A stretch of DNA of 39,548 nucleotides from assembly GCA_040389385.1 (NCBI GenBank), contig JAZKAA010000005.1:9094-48641 (forward strand). Direction: 5' to 3'. This DNA comes from Patescibacteria group bacterium (lineage in GTDB: Bacteria; Patescibacteriota; Minisyncoccia; Phycocordibacterales; SBAW01). Below, piece after piece: positions 23,338-33,467 of the stretch. How positions within the stretch are numbered: position 1 is the first letter of the stretch; the number at the start of each line of letters is the position of its first letter. The notes under the pieces are model-generated. The model worked only from the letters and a program-made list of their open reading frames with translations. It searched no databases and had not been told where the DNA came from. Made by a program: the position numbers and the translations under genes.

Positions 23338-24203
23338 TGGAATCTCAAAACATTTTGATAGAAGGTCGCATCTACGAGCCGGTTGCCCGTCATCGGCCAC
23401 CAGCTCCCGGCGATTCGCGTCTCTATAAAGGTGATGGTGTGTTCGTAAGAGTAGGGAATGCAGAAAAGATAGACGCCAATCTTTTGGTTCATAGGCGTTT
23501 AGAAAAAGCGGGATTCCCTGTTCCGCGTATTTTAGGAGAGGGTGCAGTAGGTGATGAAAAATATTTTATCGAGGAGTCCTTAGGAGACACCATACTCCGA
23601 CTGCAGTTTGCAGAGGAGTTTGCCAATACAGGCCACATATTAGAAGAATCTTTTTCGTCATTTATTAATATAATGCGTCGATATCTGACTGCACAGACAA
23701 AGGCAGTAGCTGACGGTGACGCGGCTACATTTATTGAGAAGGTTCAAGTCAACCGACTTTGTAAGGAATTGCCTGAGTATGCCGAAAGAATCCAAGCAAA
23801 AGCATCCGAGCACCTCAAGTTGTTGTCGCGGTTTCCGTTTGTGCTTTCGCACGGAGACCTTAGTCCGAATAATCTTTTTCCTGAGGGAATAATCGACTTA
23901 GAAGACTCACTATCTGCTCCTTTTGGATACGATGCCGTGTGCGCTCTGATGACTGGGGATTGGTACCCAGGTGATGTGGAATTTGAGTTTGAGGTTACGC
24001 CGTATTACTTTACTCCCGCTCAAAAAGCAGAGTTTTTAGATATGTGCGACAACGTATCTACAACGGCCGGGTTTCCGCCAATTTCTAGCTCCATCGAGAG
24101 CTTTTCATTCTTTAGGGCGGCGTGGCTTACGGCAAATATGGGGGAGTGGCCTAAAACTCAAAAATACCGCCACGACCGTTTTATCCGTGAGTATTTAGAT
24201 TAG
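23337..24203 (+). CDS. Aminoglycoside phosphotransferase/choline kinase-like protein
   Basis: HGDLSPNNL..IIDLED; AT-richer; TAATG overlap with the recJ stop. Confidence 0.75.
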   Translation: MESQNILIEGRIYEPVARHRPPAPGDSRLYKGDGVFVRVGNAEKIDANLLVHRRLEKAGFPVPRILGEGAVGDEKYFIEESLGDTILRLQFAEEFANTGHILEESFSSFINIMRRYLTAQTKAVADGDAATFIEKVQVNRLCKELPEYAERIQAKASEHLKLLSRFPFVLSHGDLSPNNLFPEGIIDLEDSLSAPFGYDAVCALMTGDWYPGDVEFEFEVTPYYFTPAQKAEFLDMCDNVSTTAGFPPISSSIESFSFFRAAWLTANMGEWPKTQKYRHDRFIREYLD

Positions 24204-24227
24204 ACACGGCACGATATACTTCAGGCG

Positions 24228-24950
24228 ATGGATAAAGCGGTTATTTTTTGTGACGGTGCAAGCAAGGGCAACCCCGGCCTGGGTGGGTGGGGGGCCGTGG
24301 TGCTGGCGGGGGGTCATGTGCAGGAGTTGGGCGGCGCGGAGGCTCACACCACCAACAACCGCATGGAGCTTACGGCGGCACTCAATGCGCTACGCTACGT
24401 AGCGCCCAAGGGGCCTGCATCGGTGGTAGTGTACACCGACTCCAACTACGTTATCAACGGGATTTCTAAATGGGTCCACGGATGGAAGAAGAAAGGCTGG
24501 CTTACCAAAGAAAAAAAAGAGGTCCTCAACCGCGACTTGTGGGAGCAGCTCCACACAGCGGCGCTCTCGCTCGGTGCATTGATTGATTGGAGGTATGTCG
24601 GCGGACACGTGGGCGTTGCCGGTAACGAGCGCGTAGACGCTATTGCATCCGACTTTGCGGTGAACAAACATGTCGAGTTGTACTCAGGGCCGTCGAGTAC
24701 GTATACAGTTAATCTCGCCAATATTGGCGTCGATGACGTAAAGAAGCAGTCAAAGTCCAAGTCGAGTGAGCGCTCCAAAGCCAAAGCGTACTCCTACATA
24801 AGCGAGGTGGGAGGCGTGGTGATGGTGCACCGCGCTTGGGAGGAGTGCAAGGCGCGAGTACAAGGCAAAAAAGCCCGGTTTAAAAAATCTCTCTCCGCAG
24901 AGGACGAAAAGGCAATTGTGGCGCAGTTTTCCAATGCCGCAGGCCACTAA
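24228..24950 (+). CDS. rnhA: Ribonuclease HI with C-terminal viroplasmin/hybrid-binding-like domain
   Basis: DGASKGNPG, TNNRMEL, TDSNY, GNERVD; tail WEECKARVQG..ARFKK. Confidence 0.92.
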   Translation: MDKAVIFCDGASKGNPGLGGWGAVVLAGGHVQELGGAEAHTTNNRMELTAALNALRYVAPKGPASVVVYTDSNYVINGISKWVHGWKKKGWLTKEKKEVLNRDLWEQLHTAALSLGALIDWRYVGGHVGVAGNERVDAIASDFAVNKHVELYSGPSSTYTVNLANIGVDDVKKQSKSKSSERSKAKAYSYISEVGGVVMVHRAWEECKARVQGKKARFKKSLSAEDEKAIVAQFSNAAGH

Positions 24951-26259
24951 ATGGGCGCTGGTGGGGCTCGTGTTTGCGGCGCTTTTTATATTTCGTATCG
25001 AGCTGTTGCTTCGGCAAGAGTCGGGGCAAACAATTACAGAGCTGATAGGTACCACCGCAGTGGTTGAGGGCACTGTGGCCGACGACCCCGACGTGCGCGA
25101 CACGAGTACGCGCGTAACTATTGATACCGGCTCAGGCAAGCTAATCGCATCTTTGCCTATTGGCACGGAAGTTGCGTATGGAGATAGGGTAGAGGTTCGC
25201 GGCAAAGTCGAGGCGCCCAAAAATTTCGAGACCCAGGGCGGTAGGGAGTTTGACTACCAAAATTACTTGCGCGTGCGCGGTATCTCGGCCACCATGTCGT
25301 TTGCCAAACTCCTTTCGCAGCAAAACGGCGGATGGTCAGTCTTACGCGGATTGTTTTGGATCAAACATGCGTTTGAGCACTCGCTCGAGCGCTCTATACC
25401 GCAGCCACAAGCCGCATTGCTAGAGGGTATCTTGCTCGGCGAGCGCGGTGGGTTAAGCAGCACGCTCTTGCAGATGTTTGTAACGGTCGGGCTGATACAC
25501 GTGGTGGTGCTGTCGGGCTCCAACATATCAATAGTGGGGGAGGGGGTCTTCCGCGCGCTCGGGTTTGTACCGCGGGCGCTGCGTTATCTTTTGGGTGGCG
25601 TTGCGATACTTTTGTTTGTACTGATGACCGGCTCGGGCGCGGCGGCGGTGCGCTCGCTTATCATGGGTGGCATCGGCCTGGTCGCGCGCTACTTGCGCAG
25701 GCCTCAACTCGCATTGCGCGCGCTTGGTGTGGCGGTAGCCGCGATGATTATTTGGAATCCGCTTTTTGTACTGGACTCGGGCTTTATGTTGAGTGTGCTC
25801 GCGACGTTTGGGTTGATAACGCTTTCGCCGTGGCTCGAAAAGAAATTGCCGTGGGTGCCAAGCTGGCCGCAGTTTAACTTGCGCTCTATTGCAGCCTCGA
25901 CCATTGCAGTAGAAATTTATTTACTGCCTGCGCTTTTGTATTACTCAGGCAATTTTTCTTTGGCGGCGTTGCCGGTCAATCTGTTGGTGTTGCCGTGGGT
26001 GTGGCTGGTGATGCTCACGGGATTTGCCGCAGGCATCATTGGGCTACTGCACCCAATGTTGGCCATTGTTCCTGCACTTGCGTGTGATATCTTGCTGCGC
26101 GCAATGCTGCTGATAACAAAAGCGGGAGCCTCGCTCCCGTTTGTCTCGACAACTATTACCGCGTTTCCGCTTTGGATCGCACTCGCAGTGTATGTTCCAC
26201 TTACTTGGGCTGCCACGAAGACAGCGCGTCAAAGCGCGCCTCGACAACGCCCCAGTTAA
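24934..26259 (+). CDS. comEC: ComEC/Rec2 competence protein (OB-like and competence domains, no beta-lactamase domain)
   Basis: FDYQNYL, GLIHVVVLSGSN, multiple TMs; start uncertain. Confidence 0.9.
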   Translation: MPQATKWALVGLVFAALFIFRIELLLRQESGQTITELIGTTAVVEGTVADDPDVRDTSTRVTIDTGSGKLIASLPIGTEVAYGDRVEVRGKVEAPKNFETQGGREFDYQNYLRVRGISATMSFAKLLSQQNGGWSVLRGLFWIKHAFEHSLERSIPQPQAALLEGILLGERGGLSSTLLQMFVTVGLIHVVVLSGSNISIVGEGVFRALGFVPRALRYLLGGVAILLFVLMTGSGAAAVRSLIMGGIGLVARYLRRPQLALRALGVAVAAMIIWNPLFVLDSGFMLSVLATFGLITLSPWLEKKLPWVPSWPQFNLRSIAASTIAVEIYLLPALLYYSGNFSLAALPVNLLVLPWVWLVMLTGFAAGIIGLLHPMLAIVPALACDILLRAMLLITKAGASLPFVSTTITAFPLWIALAVYVPLTWAATKTARQSAPRQRPS

Positions 26260-26800
26260 GATTTTTGAAAAACGCTTCCAAGTATTTGCCTTTGCCTGCT
26301 GCGCCGTAGTCCAACAAGTACGTGTGCTCCCACACATCTATTGCAAGTACAATCGGCAAGGTAACAAAGTGCCCTTGGTGCTGCTCGCCGCTAAAGCCCG
26401 CGAGTAGTTGCTGGCCGTATGCGTCCCAGTACAACAGTGCCCAGCCCGGGCCGCGCATGTTGCCGATGGCCGTCAGATACTCCTTGTGATACGAGTGATA
26501 CTCCTTTTCAAACTGTGCGGCCAGTTTGCCGGAAGGGTTGAGCGCTTTCGCACCGCCCTCAAACTGCTGAAAGTAATATTCGTGCAGGCGCATACCGCCA
26601 AACTCAAATGAGCGGCGGCGGATAAGCTCACTCAACGCGTGCGCGTTCTTTTCGGTGTCCTTGGCGTACTCCGGCATTGCTGCGGAGATTTGATTAAAGT
26701 TTTTTACATAGCCCTCGTATAGTCCGATGTGCTGCTTGACCGACTCGTCCGAGATTCCGTCCAAAGAGGGGATACTGAATGTTTTTGGTGAATAGTCCAT
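26201..26800 (-). CDS. Fe/Mn superoxide dismutase family protein
   Basis: H..LY.GYV.N, LHEYYF, DVWEHTY. Confidence 0.9.
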   Translation of the reverse strand: MDYSPKTFSIPSLDGISDESVKQHIGLYEGYVKNFNQISAAMPEYAKDTEKNAHALSELIRRRSFEFGGMRLHEYYFQQFEGGAKALNPSGKLAAQFEKEYHSYHKEYLTAIGNMRGPGWALLYWDAYGQQLLAGFSGEQHQGHFVTLPIVLAIDVWEHTYLLDYGAAGKGKYLEAFFKNLNWGVVEARFDALSSWQPK

Positions 26801-26934
26801 ATAGGGGTAGTAAATCACCTTATTTGGCAAGATAAAATGAATATCCCCAACTACTTGCAATTTCCCCCAAATATGCTATAATAGAGGGCGGAGTAGGTTA
26901 GCTCCGCAGTTTCATCAAACGGGGGATATCCCAC

Positions 26935-27288
26935 ATGCGTAAGATGTTTATTGGCGGCCTGTGTGTCGCTGGGTTGGCTGTCGGCGTTGGTGTCGGTTCT
27001 GCTGCGGCTCTGGTGGCTCTGGCCATCAACCCGGCGCGCTTGACCATGCAACCGATGCCCGGTTCGGTCGAGATCGCCTACCAGGTGAAAAACGGGACGT
27101 TCATCCCGAGCCTCATCGCGGCCGCGCCGGTCGTCCTGCCGACCGACGTAAACCGGTTGGCCAAGAGCAACAAGCTCGTCGGCATCAAGTCCGCCAAGGA
27201 CTGCGACGAGTGCGGCAAGGCTGACCACGTGCCAGCGCCGACCGCGCTGGAGCAGGTTCGCAACCTGACGCGTGAGTACAACAAGTAG
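26935..27288 (+). CDS. Exported or membrane-anchored hypothetical protein with CxxC
   Basis: Hydrophobic N-terminus, CDEC; TATAAT upstream. Confidence 0.6.
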   Translation: MRKMFIGGLCVAGLAVGVGVGSAAALVALAINPARLTMQPMPGSVEIAYQVKNGTFIPSLIAAAPVVLPTDVNRLAKSNKLVGIKSAKDCDECGKADHVPAPTALEQVRNLTREYNK

Positions 27289-27304
27289 CGGTTACAATTA
27301 CCGC

Positions 27305-27991
27305 ATGAAGCGTCACCACAGTGCACCAGTCCTCGCGATTGGTGCACTTTTATTTTTGTCCCTTGCTATCTGGAGTTACATTTTTGCTCCGGGGCCATTG
27401 CCCGCAACACTTTCCGTACAAGACATCGAGCCGCAGTGGTTTGCCGACGCTCTTAAGGTAGAGCAAACCAGCACAGACAAAGTTGCGGCGCTTTTTGCCG
27501 CGCTGCCGCCGGATGCTGCGTTGCCCGCGCGCACCAAAACAAGCGGCTGCATCATAAACGGCTCGTACCCGGACACCGCGTGCACGCCGGGCGAGGTATT
27601 TAAAGACGCGGCAACATCAACCATCTGCGTAAGCGGGTACACCAAGACCGTGCGCAGCGTTTCGACAAAATTGCGCCAGCAGATTTACCGCGCATACGAC
27701 ATTGCATATCCGCCGCCGACCGGCACCTACGAGCTCGACCATTTTATCCCGCTCGCCCTCGCGGGCGACAACTCTGCGGCCAACTTATTTCCCGAAGCGG
27801 CTGCGCCCAAACCGGGCTTTAGAGAGAAGGATGTAGTGGAAGTGTATTTGTATGAGGAGGTGTGTAAGGGTCATATAGATTTGCAGCAAGCCCAAGTACA
27901 GATAGCAACCGACTGGTTAGCGGTCTACAACGCGCTCCAGCCCGCCGACATAGCGCGCCTAAAACAAAAATACTCGAGCTGGTCGAATTAA
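27305..27991 (+). CDS. Membrane-anchored HNH-like nuclease
   Basis: N-terminal TM; YELDHFIPLALAGDN..ANLFPE..KD.VE. Confidence 0.7.
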   Translation: MKRHHSAPVLAIGALLFLSLAIWSYIFAPGPLPATLSVQDIEPQWFADALKVEQTSTDKVAALFAALPPDAALPARTKTSGCIINGSYPDTACTPGEVFKDAATSTICVSGYTKTVRSVSTKLRQQIYRAYDIAYPPPTGTYELDHFIPLALAGDNSAANLFPEAAAPKPGFREKDVVEVYLYEEVCKGHIDLQQAQVQIATDWLAVYNALQPADIARLKQKYSSWSN

Positions 27992-28033
27992 AGTTTCTTT
28001 GTTACGGTTGGGTTAGAACAGAGAGGTGACGAC

Positions 28034-28489
28034 ATGCATGTGCTCCGCAGACTTTTTTTGGCCCCGACATTCCACCGTAACGATATTAATGCTCGGTTCG
28101 TCAGATTTTTTCTGCTGGTGTTTTTGGGCTCGTACGCCTTGGTTTTGCTCTCTGCATATGCAGCCGGAGTGATCCTTGGTCCCCCGCCCCGGGACTTTGA
28201 ATCTCTGACGTTCTCGGTGGTCGCATCGATACTCGTTGTCTCCCTTACGCTAAACTTTGTTTCCTATGTTTGGGCACGATATGCCCTTACCAAGGTTGGG
28301 TTTAGCGCTCGTCATGCCAATCGGTGTGGATGGGGGATGGCAATCCAAATGCTCGGACTTTCGATAGTCAGTGGCGATGGCCTGGTCGGCTTGGTACTAT
28401 GGTTGATCGGATTTAGTCTCTTTGTCCGGAATTTTACCGAAGGTCCGAGTCCGTCCCTTCCTACTTCAAAGCAGTTCTCCCGCAGATAA
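28034..28489 (+). CDS. Multi-pass membrane protein
   Basis: GAGGTG SD, 3-4 hydrophobic segments. Confidence 0.6.
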   Translation: MHVLRRLFLAPTFHRNDINARFVRFFLLVFLGSYALVLLSAYAAGVILGPPPRDFESLTFSVVASILVVSLTLNFVSYVWARYALTKVGFSARHANRCGWGMAIQMLGLSIVSGDGLVGLVLWLIGFSLFVRNFTEGPSPSLPTSKQFSRR

Positions 28490-28492
28490 TTA

Positions 28493-28525
28493 AATTCGCC
28501 TTGAGGAATTCAAGGCGGATTTTTT
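28493..28525. terminator. Terminator between convergent genes
   Basis: AAATTCGCCTTGA..TCAAGGCGGATTT followed by T run. Confidence 0.7.
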
Positions 28526-28544
28526 CTTCAAATTTTAAAACGGA

Positions 28545-28787
28545 TTAAATAAGGCCGGCTGCCTTGAGGGTTTTGTACGGGCCGTTTTTGGCCATCGTGC
28601 GCAACCCCTTGGTGGAGAGGGTAACAGTGATAGAGCGATTGAGCTCGGGGATAAATACGCGCTTCTTTTGGAAGTTGGCATGCTTACGGAGGTTGCCGCC
28701 GGGGTTAAACTTGGTGGCACGCACCTTGTTGCTGTAGCGGCCTACAACCTTGGAGCCCTTTTTGGTTACTGCACATATCCTTGCCAT
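28545..28787 (-). CDS. rpmB: 50S ribosomal protein L28
   Basis: MARICAVTKK..ANFQKKR...LSTKGLRT. Confidence 0.9.
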   Translation of the reverse strand: MARICAVTKKGSKVVGRYSNKVRATKFNPGGNLRKHANFQKKRVFIPELNRSITVTLSTKGLRTMAKNGPYKTLKAAGLI

Positions 28788-28825
28788 AGCCGCAACACTG
28801 TAACATATCTTGTATACTAGTGCCA

Positions 28826-29455
28826 ATGGATACTGCATTTTGGCTCGTCGTACTTATAGTGAGCGTCATCTTGCACGAGGTGGCGCACGGCTACATGGCC
28901 AACTGGCTGGGCGATCCGACCGCGCGCCTGCAGGGCCGGCTGACACTCAACCCCATATCGCATCTCGACCCGGTGGGCTCGGTGCTCCTTCCGCTTATCC
29001 TCTCTATTACCGGCTCACCGTTTTTAATCGGCTACGCCAAGCCGGTGCCCTACAACCCGTACAACTTACCGGGCAAATACGACGAGACGCTGGTGGCCGC
29101 CGCCGGCCCCGGCACCAACATTGTGCTTGCGGTGCTGTTTGGCCTGATTATCCGCTTTGGCGCGGCGGCCATATCGCCGACGATGCTGCACGCTTTTACC
29201 GTCATAGTGTTGGTCAACATGGTGCTCGCAATATTTAACCTCATCCCTATACCGCCACTCGATGGCTCTAAGATACTTTCGGGAATATTGCCCGGGGCAC
29301 TGTCCGAGGGCTATGACCTGTTTCGCTCCAACTTTGAGCGGCTGGGTGTGCTCTCGGGCACACTCCTTATATTGGTAGTGTATATCTTTTTGGCGCCGTA
29401 CTCTCAGGCGTTTATAACGTGGCTGTACATACTTTTGACAGGAGCGGCTATCTAA
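28826..29455 (+). CDS. Site-2 protease (M50 family)
   Basis: HEVAH, AAAGP, FNLIPIPPLDG. Confidence 0.93.
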   Translation: MDTAFWLVVLIVSVILHEVAHGYMANWLGDPTARLQGRLTLNPISHLDPVGSVLLPLILSITGSPFLIGYAKPVPYNPYNLPGKYDETLVAAAGPGTNIVLAVLFGLIIRFGAAAISPTMLHAFTVIVLVNMVLAIFNLIPIPPLDGSKILSGILPGALSEGYDLFRSNFERLGVLSGTLLILVVYIFLAPYSQAFITWLYILLTGAAI

Positions 29456-29499
29456 TATAGATTGGTGAGAACGCGCAACGGGCGCGTTTTTCACTAAAA

Positions 29500-29907
29500 A
29501 TGGCTCGTATATCCCAACTCGTCCGCAAAGGACGCACACAATTTACCCGCAAGTCCAAGTCGCCCGCTCTGGGGCGCGGTTTTAACACGCTCAAAAACCG
29601 TCCGGTATTTTATCCGTCGCCGTTTAAGCGCGGTGTCTGCACCAAGGTAACGACCGTAACGCCCCGCAAGCCTAACTCGGCAATCCGCAAAATCGCCCGC
29701 GTACGCCTGACCAACGGTCAGGAAATAACGGCCTACATCCCGGGCGAGGGCCACAACTTGCAAGAGCACTCGGTGGTCATGGTGCGCGCCGGCCGCGTTA
29801 AAGACATCAACGTCCGCTACCAGATTGTCCGCGGCAAGCTCGATGCTGCCGGTTTGCCTAACCGCCGTGTCTCGCGCTCGCGCTACGGTGCTAAGCGCCC
29901 TAAATAA
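29500..29907 (+). CDS. rpsL: 30S ribosomal protein S12
   Basis: [30 protein letters not shown]. Confidence 0.98.
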   Translation: MARISQLVRKGRTQFTRKSKSPALGRGFNTLKNRPVFYPSPFKRGVCTKVTTVTPRKPNSAIRKIARVRLTNGQEITAYIPGEGHNLQEHSVVMVRAGRVKDINVRYQIVRGKLDAAGLPNRRVSRSRYGAKRPK

Positions 29908-29913
29908 AATACT

Positions 29914-30384
29914 ATGCGTCGCCCAGTAAAAAATCGTAATATCGTCGGCCCGGACCTCAAGTTCCAGTCCAAGCGTGTTGAAAAGTTTATCAACTCGGTT
30001 ATGTGGGATGGCAAAAAGTCCACCGCACGCAAGGTTGTCTACGACGCCTTCGATATCATCAAAGAGAAAGCCAAGGTAGAAAATCCGTTGGAGATTTTTG
30101 ACACCGCAATCCGCAATGTAGGGCCGCAGATGGAAATTCGCTCCCGCCGCGTCGGTGGCGCCAACTACCAGGTGCCGCGCGAGGTACGCCCCGAGCGCAA
30201 AGAGGCGCTGGCGTATCGCTGGATACTGACTGCCGCTCGCGCGGGCAAGGGCAAGCCGATGGCGCAAAAGCTCGCTGCAGAGTTGATGGCTGCTGCCAAC
30301 AACGAGGGCCCCGCAATCAAAAAGAAGGAGGACACGCACCGCATGGCCGAGTCCAACAAGGCCTTTGCCCACTTCGCCTGGTAA
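29914..30384 (+). CDS. rpsG: 30S ribosomal protein S7
   Basis: [25 protein letters not shown]. Confidence 0.98.
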   Translation: MRRPVKNRNIVGPDLKFQSKRVEKFINSVMWDGKKSTARKVVYDAFDIIKEKAKVENPLEIFDTAIRNVGPQMEIRSRRVGGANYQVPREVRPERKEALAYRWILTAARAGKGKPMAQKLAAELMAAANNEGPAIKKKEDTHRMAESNKAFAHFAW

Positions 30385-30633
30385 ACTAAAATTATGAAGA
30401 TACTCGATAAAAGAGATTATCTTGGGTAGTTCGGACTCCGACTTGCAGCCTGCTATAACCGAAACAAAAGAGCGCGACGTGGTCTGTGTCTATCTTGGTT
30501 TTGAGATGCAACCCAACAGAGGGCTTTCGTTCACTACCGGCCGTACCATCTTGATAAGAAATACAGAGGTGTTGGAATTTGAAAAGGTTCAAAACACTTT
30601 GTTATAAAAAACAGCGCCGAGGTGGCGCTGATG

Positions 30634-30846
30634 TCAACGGCTGCGGGGGCTTTTGGGCCCGCCATATGTTTTGAGACCACTGGTTCGGCTGTCGAGGTTG
30701 CCGAGTTCGCCCTCGAGTTCTCCGCACTTTTTCTCGAGGACCTCGATTTTGTCCACGAGCATATAGATTACCCGCGCTTCCTTGCTATCGTTTTGCAGAC
30801 CGAGAATGTCGGCGACTTGCAGGCGCAAACTTTTGGGTTGTGGCAT
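30634..30846 (-). CDS. Small coiled-coil-like hypothetical protein, antisense between rpsG and fusA
   Basis: AGGAG upstream; heptad-like IEVLEKKCGELEGELGNL; own terminator CAGCGCC..GGCGCTG-TTTTT at 30630-30606. Confidence 0.55.
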   Translation of the reverse strand: MPQPKSLRLQVADILGLQNDSKEARVIYMLVDKIEVLEKKCGELEGELGNLDSRTSGLKTYGGPKSPRSR

Positions 30847-30949
30847 GACATGGAACTCCTGTTTGATTGCCGCCACGACCATACCATAGCCGTTGCTTTT
30901 TCTCTACAATCCGTTATTCTGTTGCTAACGCCAAACGGCGCGATTTTTT

Positions 30950-33103
30950 ATGGCAGACGGCAGAGACTATCCACTCAACAAAGTACGCAACTTCGGCATA
31001 ATCGCGCACATCGATGCGGGCAAGACCACCACGTCTGAGCGCGTTTTGTACTACACCGGCTCCCAGCACAAAATAGGCGAGGTCCATGAGGGCGAGACGA
31101 CCACCGATTGGATGGAGCAGGAGCGCGAGCGCGGCATCACTATTACCGCCGCGGCCATTACCTGTTTTTGGGCCGTTACCCAAGAGCCGGATAAAAAAGC
31201 GATTGATAAAAAGTACCGCTTTAACATCATCGACACTCCGGGCCACATCGACTTTACCGTAGAGGTTAAGCGTTCGCTCCGCGTACTCGACGGCGCGATA
31301 GTCGTCTTTGACGGCGTGGCCGGCGTCGAGCCGCAGTCCGAGACCAACTGGCGCTATGCCGACGAGGCCAAGGTGCCGCGCATCTGCTTTATCAACAAGC
31401 TCGACCGCACGGGGGCAAGTTTTGAAAAGTCGTTTGCCTCTATTATCGACCGCCTGTCGCCTAAAGCAGTGCGCATGCAGCTGCCTATTGGCGAGGAGGG
31501 GAACTTTAATGCGGTTGTTGACCTGCTCCAGCAAAAGGCCTACGACTTTGAGGGCGCGATGGGGGAGAGTGTTGTCGAGATACCCGTGCCCGAGGACATG
31601 AAGGCCGACATAGCCAAGTACCGCGCGATGCTGGTAGAAAAAATTGTCGAGCACGACGATGCGTTGATGACCAGCTACCTCGACGGCAAAGAGCCGACGC
31701 TCGCAGAGCTTAAGACGACGCTGCGCAAAGCGGTTATCGCCAACGAGATATTTCCTGTCTACACCGGCAGCGCGCTCAAAAATAAGGGCGTGCAGTTGGT
31801 GCTTGATGCAGTTGTCGACTACCTGCCCTCGCCGCTTGATATGCCGCCGGTAACGGGCATCAACCCCAAAACAGGCGACCCGATACAGCGCCATGCCAGC
31901 GACGACGAGCCCTTTACCGCGCTTGCGTTTAAGCTCCAGGCCGACCCGTTTGTGGGCCAGTTGACCTTCTTCCGCGTATACTCGGGCACTATCGAGGCGG
32001 GCAGCTATATTTACAACTCCACTACCGGCACCAAAGAGCGCTTGGGCCGCATTGTGCGCCTGCAAGCCAACGCGCGCGAGGAGGTTAAAAAGGTCTACGC
32101 CGGCGAGATTGCCGCAGCAGTAGGATTGAAAGACACCAAGACATCGCACACACTTTGCGACGAAGCCAACCCGATTATTTTGGAACAAATCAAATTCCCC
32201 GAGCCGGTTATTAGCTTGCGCATCGAGCCCAAGACAAAAGCCGACCAGGAAAAGATGGGCATGGCGATGAAGAAACTCGCCGATGAGGACCCGACGTTTA
32301 AAGTAACCAACGACCCGGAGACACAAGAGACGCTCATAAGCGGCATGGGCGAGCTGCACCTGGAGATTATCGTCGACCGGATGAAGAGGGAGTTTAGCGT
32401 CGAGGCCAACGTGGGCAAGCCCCAAGTGGCCTACCGCGAGACAATCACCGCGCCTGCAGAGGCCGAGGGCAAGTACATCAAGCAGACAGGAGGCAAGGGT
32501 CAGTACGGCCATGTGCGCCTGCGCCTCAAGCCCCTGGAGCCCGTCGACCCGGATAAAAAAGTTTCTAAAAATACGACGCGCGAAGAGCATTTTGAGTTTA
32601 TCAACTCAATCAAGGGCGGTGTGGTGCCCAACGAGTTTATCGGCCCTGTCGAGGACGGCGTACGCGAGGCTATGGAGCGCGGCTTTGTAGCCGGCTTTAA
32701 GATGGTGGACATCTCCTGCGAGCTCTACGACGGCAGCTACCACGATGTCGACTCCTCCGAAATTGCTTTTAAAATCGCAGGCTCAATGGGCTTTCAAGAG
32801 GCGGTGGGCCGCGCCAAGCCGGTCTTGCTTGAGCCGATAATGAAGGTCGAGGTCGTCACGCCGGAAAAGTTCATGGGTGATGTGACCGGCAGCCTCAACG
32901 GCAAGCGCGGTCAGATAGAGGGTATGGAAGAGCGCGGTTTGGCGCGCGCCATCAAGGCCAAGGTGCCGCTAAGTGAGATGTTTGGCTATACAACCAACCT
33001 GCGCTCTATGACCGAGGGCCGGGCCAGCTTTACGATGGAGTTTGACCACTACGAGATGGTCCCGCCGCAGGTTGCAGCGGGCATCATTGCCGCACGCAAA
33101 TAA
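30950..33103 (+). CDS. fusA: Elongation factor G
   Basis: [30 protein letters not shown]. Confidence 0.98.
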   Translation: MADGRDYPLNKVRNFGIIAHIDAGKTTTSERVLYYTGSQHKIGEVHEGETTTDWMEQERERGITITAAAITCFWAVTQEPDKKAIDKKYRFNIIDTPGHIDFTVEVKRSLRVLDGAIVVFDGVAGVEPQSETNWRYADEAKVPRICFINKLDRTGASFEKSFASIIDRLSPKAVRMQLPIGEEGNFNAVVDLLQQKAYDFEGAMGESVVEIPVPEDMKADIAKYRAMLVEKIVEHDDALMTSYLDGKEPTLAELKTTLRKAVIANEIFPVYTGSALKNKGVQLVLDAVVDYLPSPLDMPPVTGINPKTGDPIQRHASDDEPFTALAFKLQADPFVGQLTFFRVYSGTIEAGSYIYNSTTGTKERLGRIVRLQANAREEVKKVYAGEIAAAVGLKDTKTSHTLCDEANPIILEQIKFPEPVISLRIEPKTKADQEKMGMAMKKLADEDPTFKVTNDPETQETLISGMGELHLEIIVDRMKREFSVEANVGKPQVAYRETITAPAEAEGKYIKQTGGKGQYGHVRLRLKPLEPVDPDKKVSKNTTREEHFEFINSIKGGVVPNEFIGPVEDGVREAMERGFVAGFKMVDISCELYDGSYHDVDSSEIAFKIAGSMGFQEAVGRAKPVLLEPIMKVEVVTPEKFMGDVTGSLNGKRGQIEGMEERGLARAIKAKVPLSEMFGYTTNLRSMTEGRASFTMEFDHYEMVPPQVAAGIIAARK

Positions 33104-33122
33104 TTGGGTTTATACTAGATAT

Positions 33123-33347
33123 ATGAATACAAAAACATTGGTGCGCGCGGGTATGCAGTACGTGGTTGCGGGGTTTGTCGGGGTAGCTCTTATTGTGTCG
33201 TCCTTCTTTATCCTGCCTGTGCAGCAGGCGCACGCCGCGGCCCTGACTGAGGCTCAAATAAGCGCAATATTGGGCATGCTCGTTGCATTTAACGTCCCGG
33301 CAGCCACCGTTGCCAACGTCAACGCTATCCTCCACAAGAGCAAATAG
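33123..33347 (+). CDS. Small exported protein made of one short helical module
   Basis: Signal peptide ending AHA; LTEAQISAILGMLVAFNVP..V..IL resembles the N-terminus of the next protein. Confidence 0.65.
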   Translation: MNTKTLVRAGMQYVVAGFVGVALIVSSFFILPVQQAHAAALTEAQISAILGMLVAFNVPAATVANVNAILHKSK

Positions 33348-33467
33348 GCCAAATAGTTATCCACACCACGCACTAGCGTGGATTTCAAGAGGGGATACTA
33401 TGGAGAGTAACAGGGCACCAGCGAAAGCTGGGTGCCCTTTCTCCTTATAAGTAAGCCCTTTAGACCC

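Noticed and set aside
15520-26259. Convergent 3' overlaps (ppaC/nusA 23 nt, pgk/HIT 45 nt, comEC/SOD 59 nt)
   Set aside because: Consistent with ordinary compaction in a small genome
30394-30607. Possible frameshifted small gene after rpsG (MKILDKRDYLG* then a +1 frame)
   Set aside because: No recognisable homology or slippery signal; cannot be supported from sequence alone
29494-32590. Long antisense ORFs (292 aa and 558 aa) and similar shadow ORFs over cca, rny, nusA and tuf
   Set aside because: Expected by-products of GC-rich codon usage opposite conserved genes
33357-33365. Isolated perfect DnaA box TTATCCACA
   Set aside because: A single box far from the cluster; not enough to call an origin or a regulatory site
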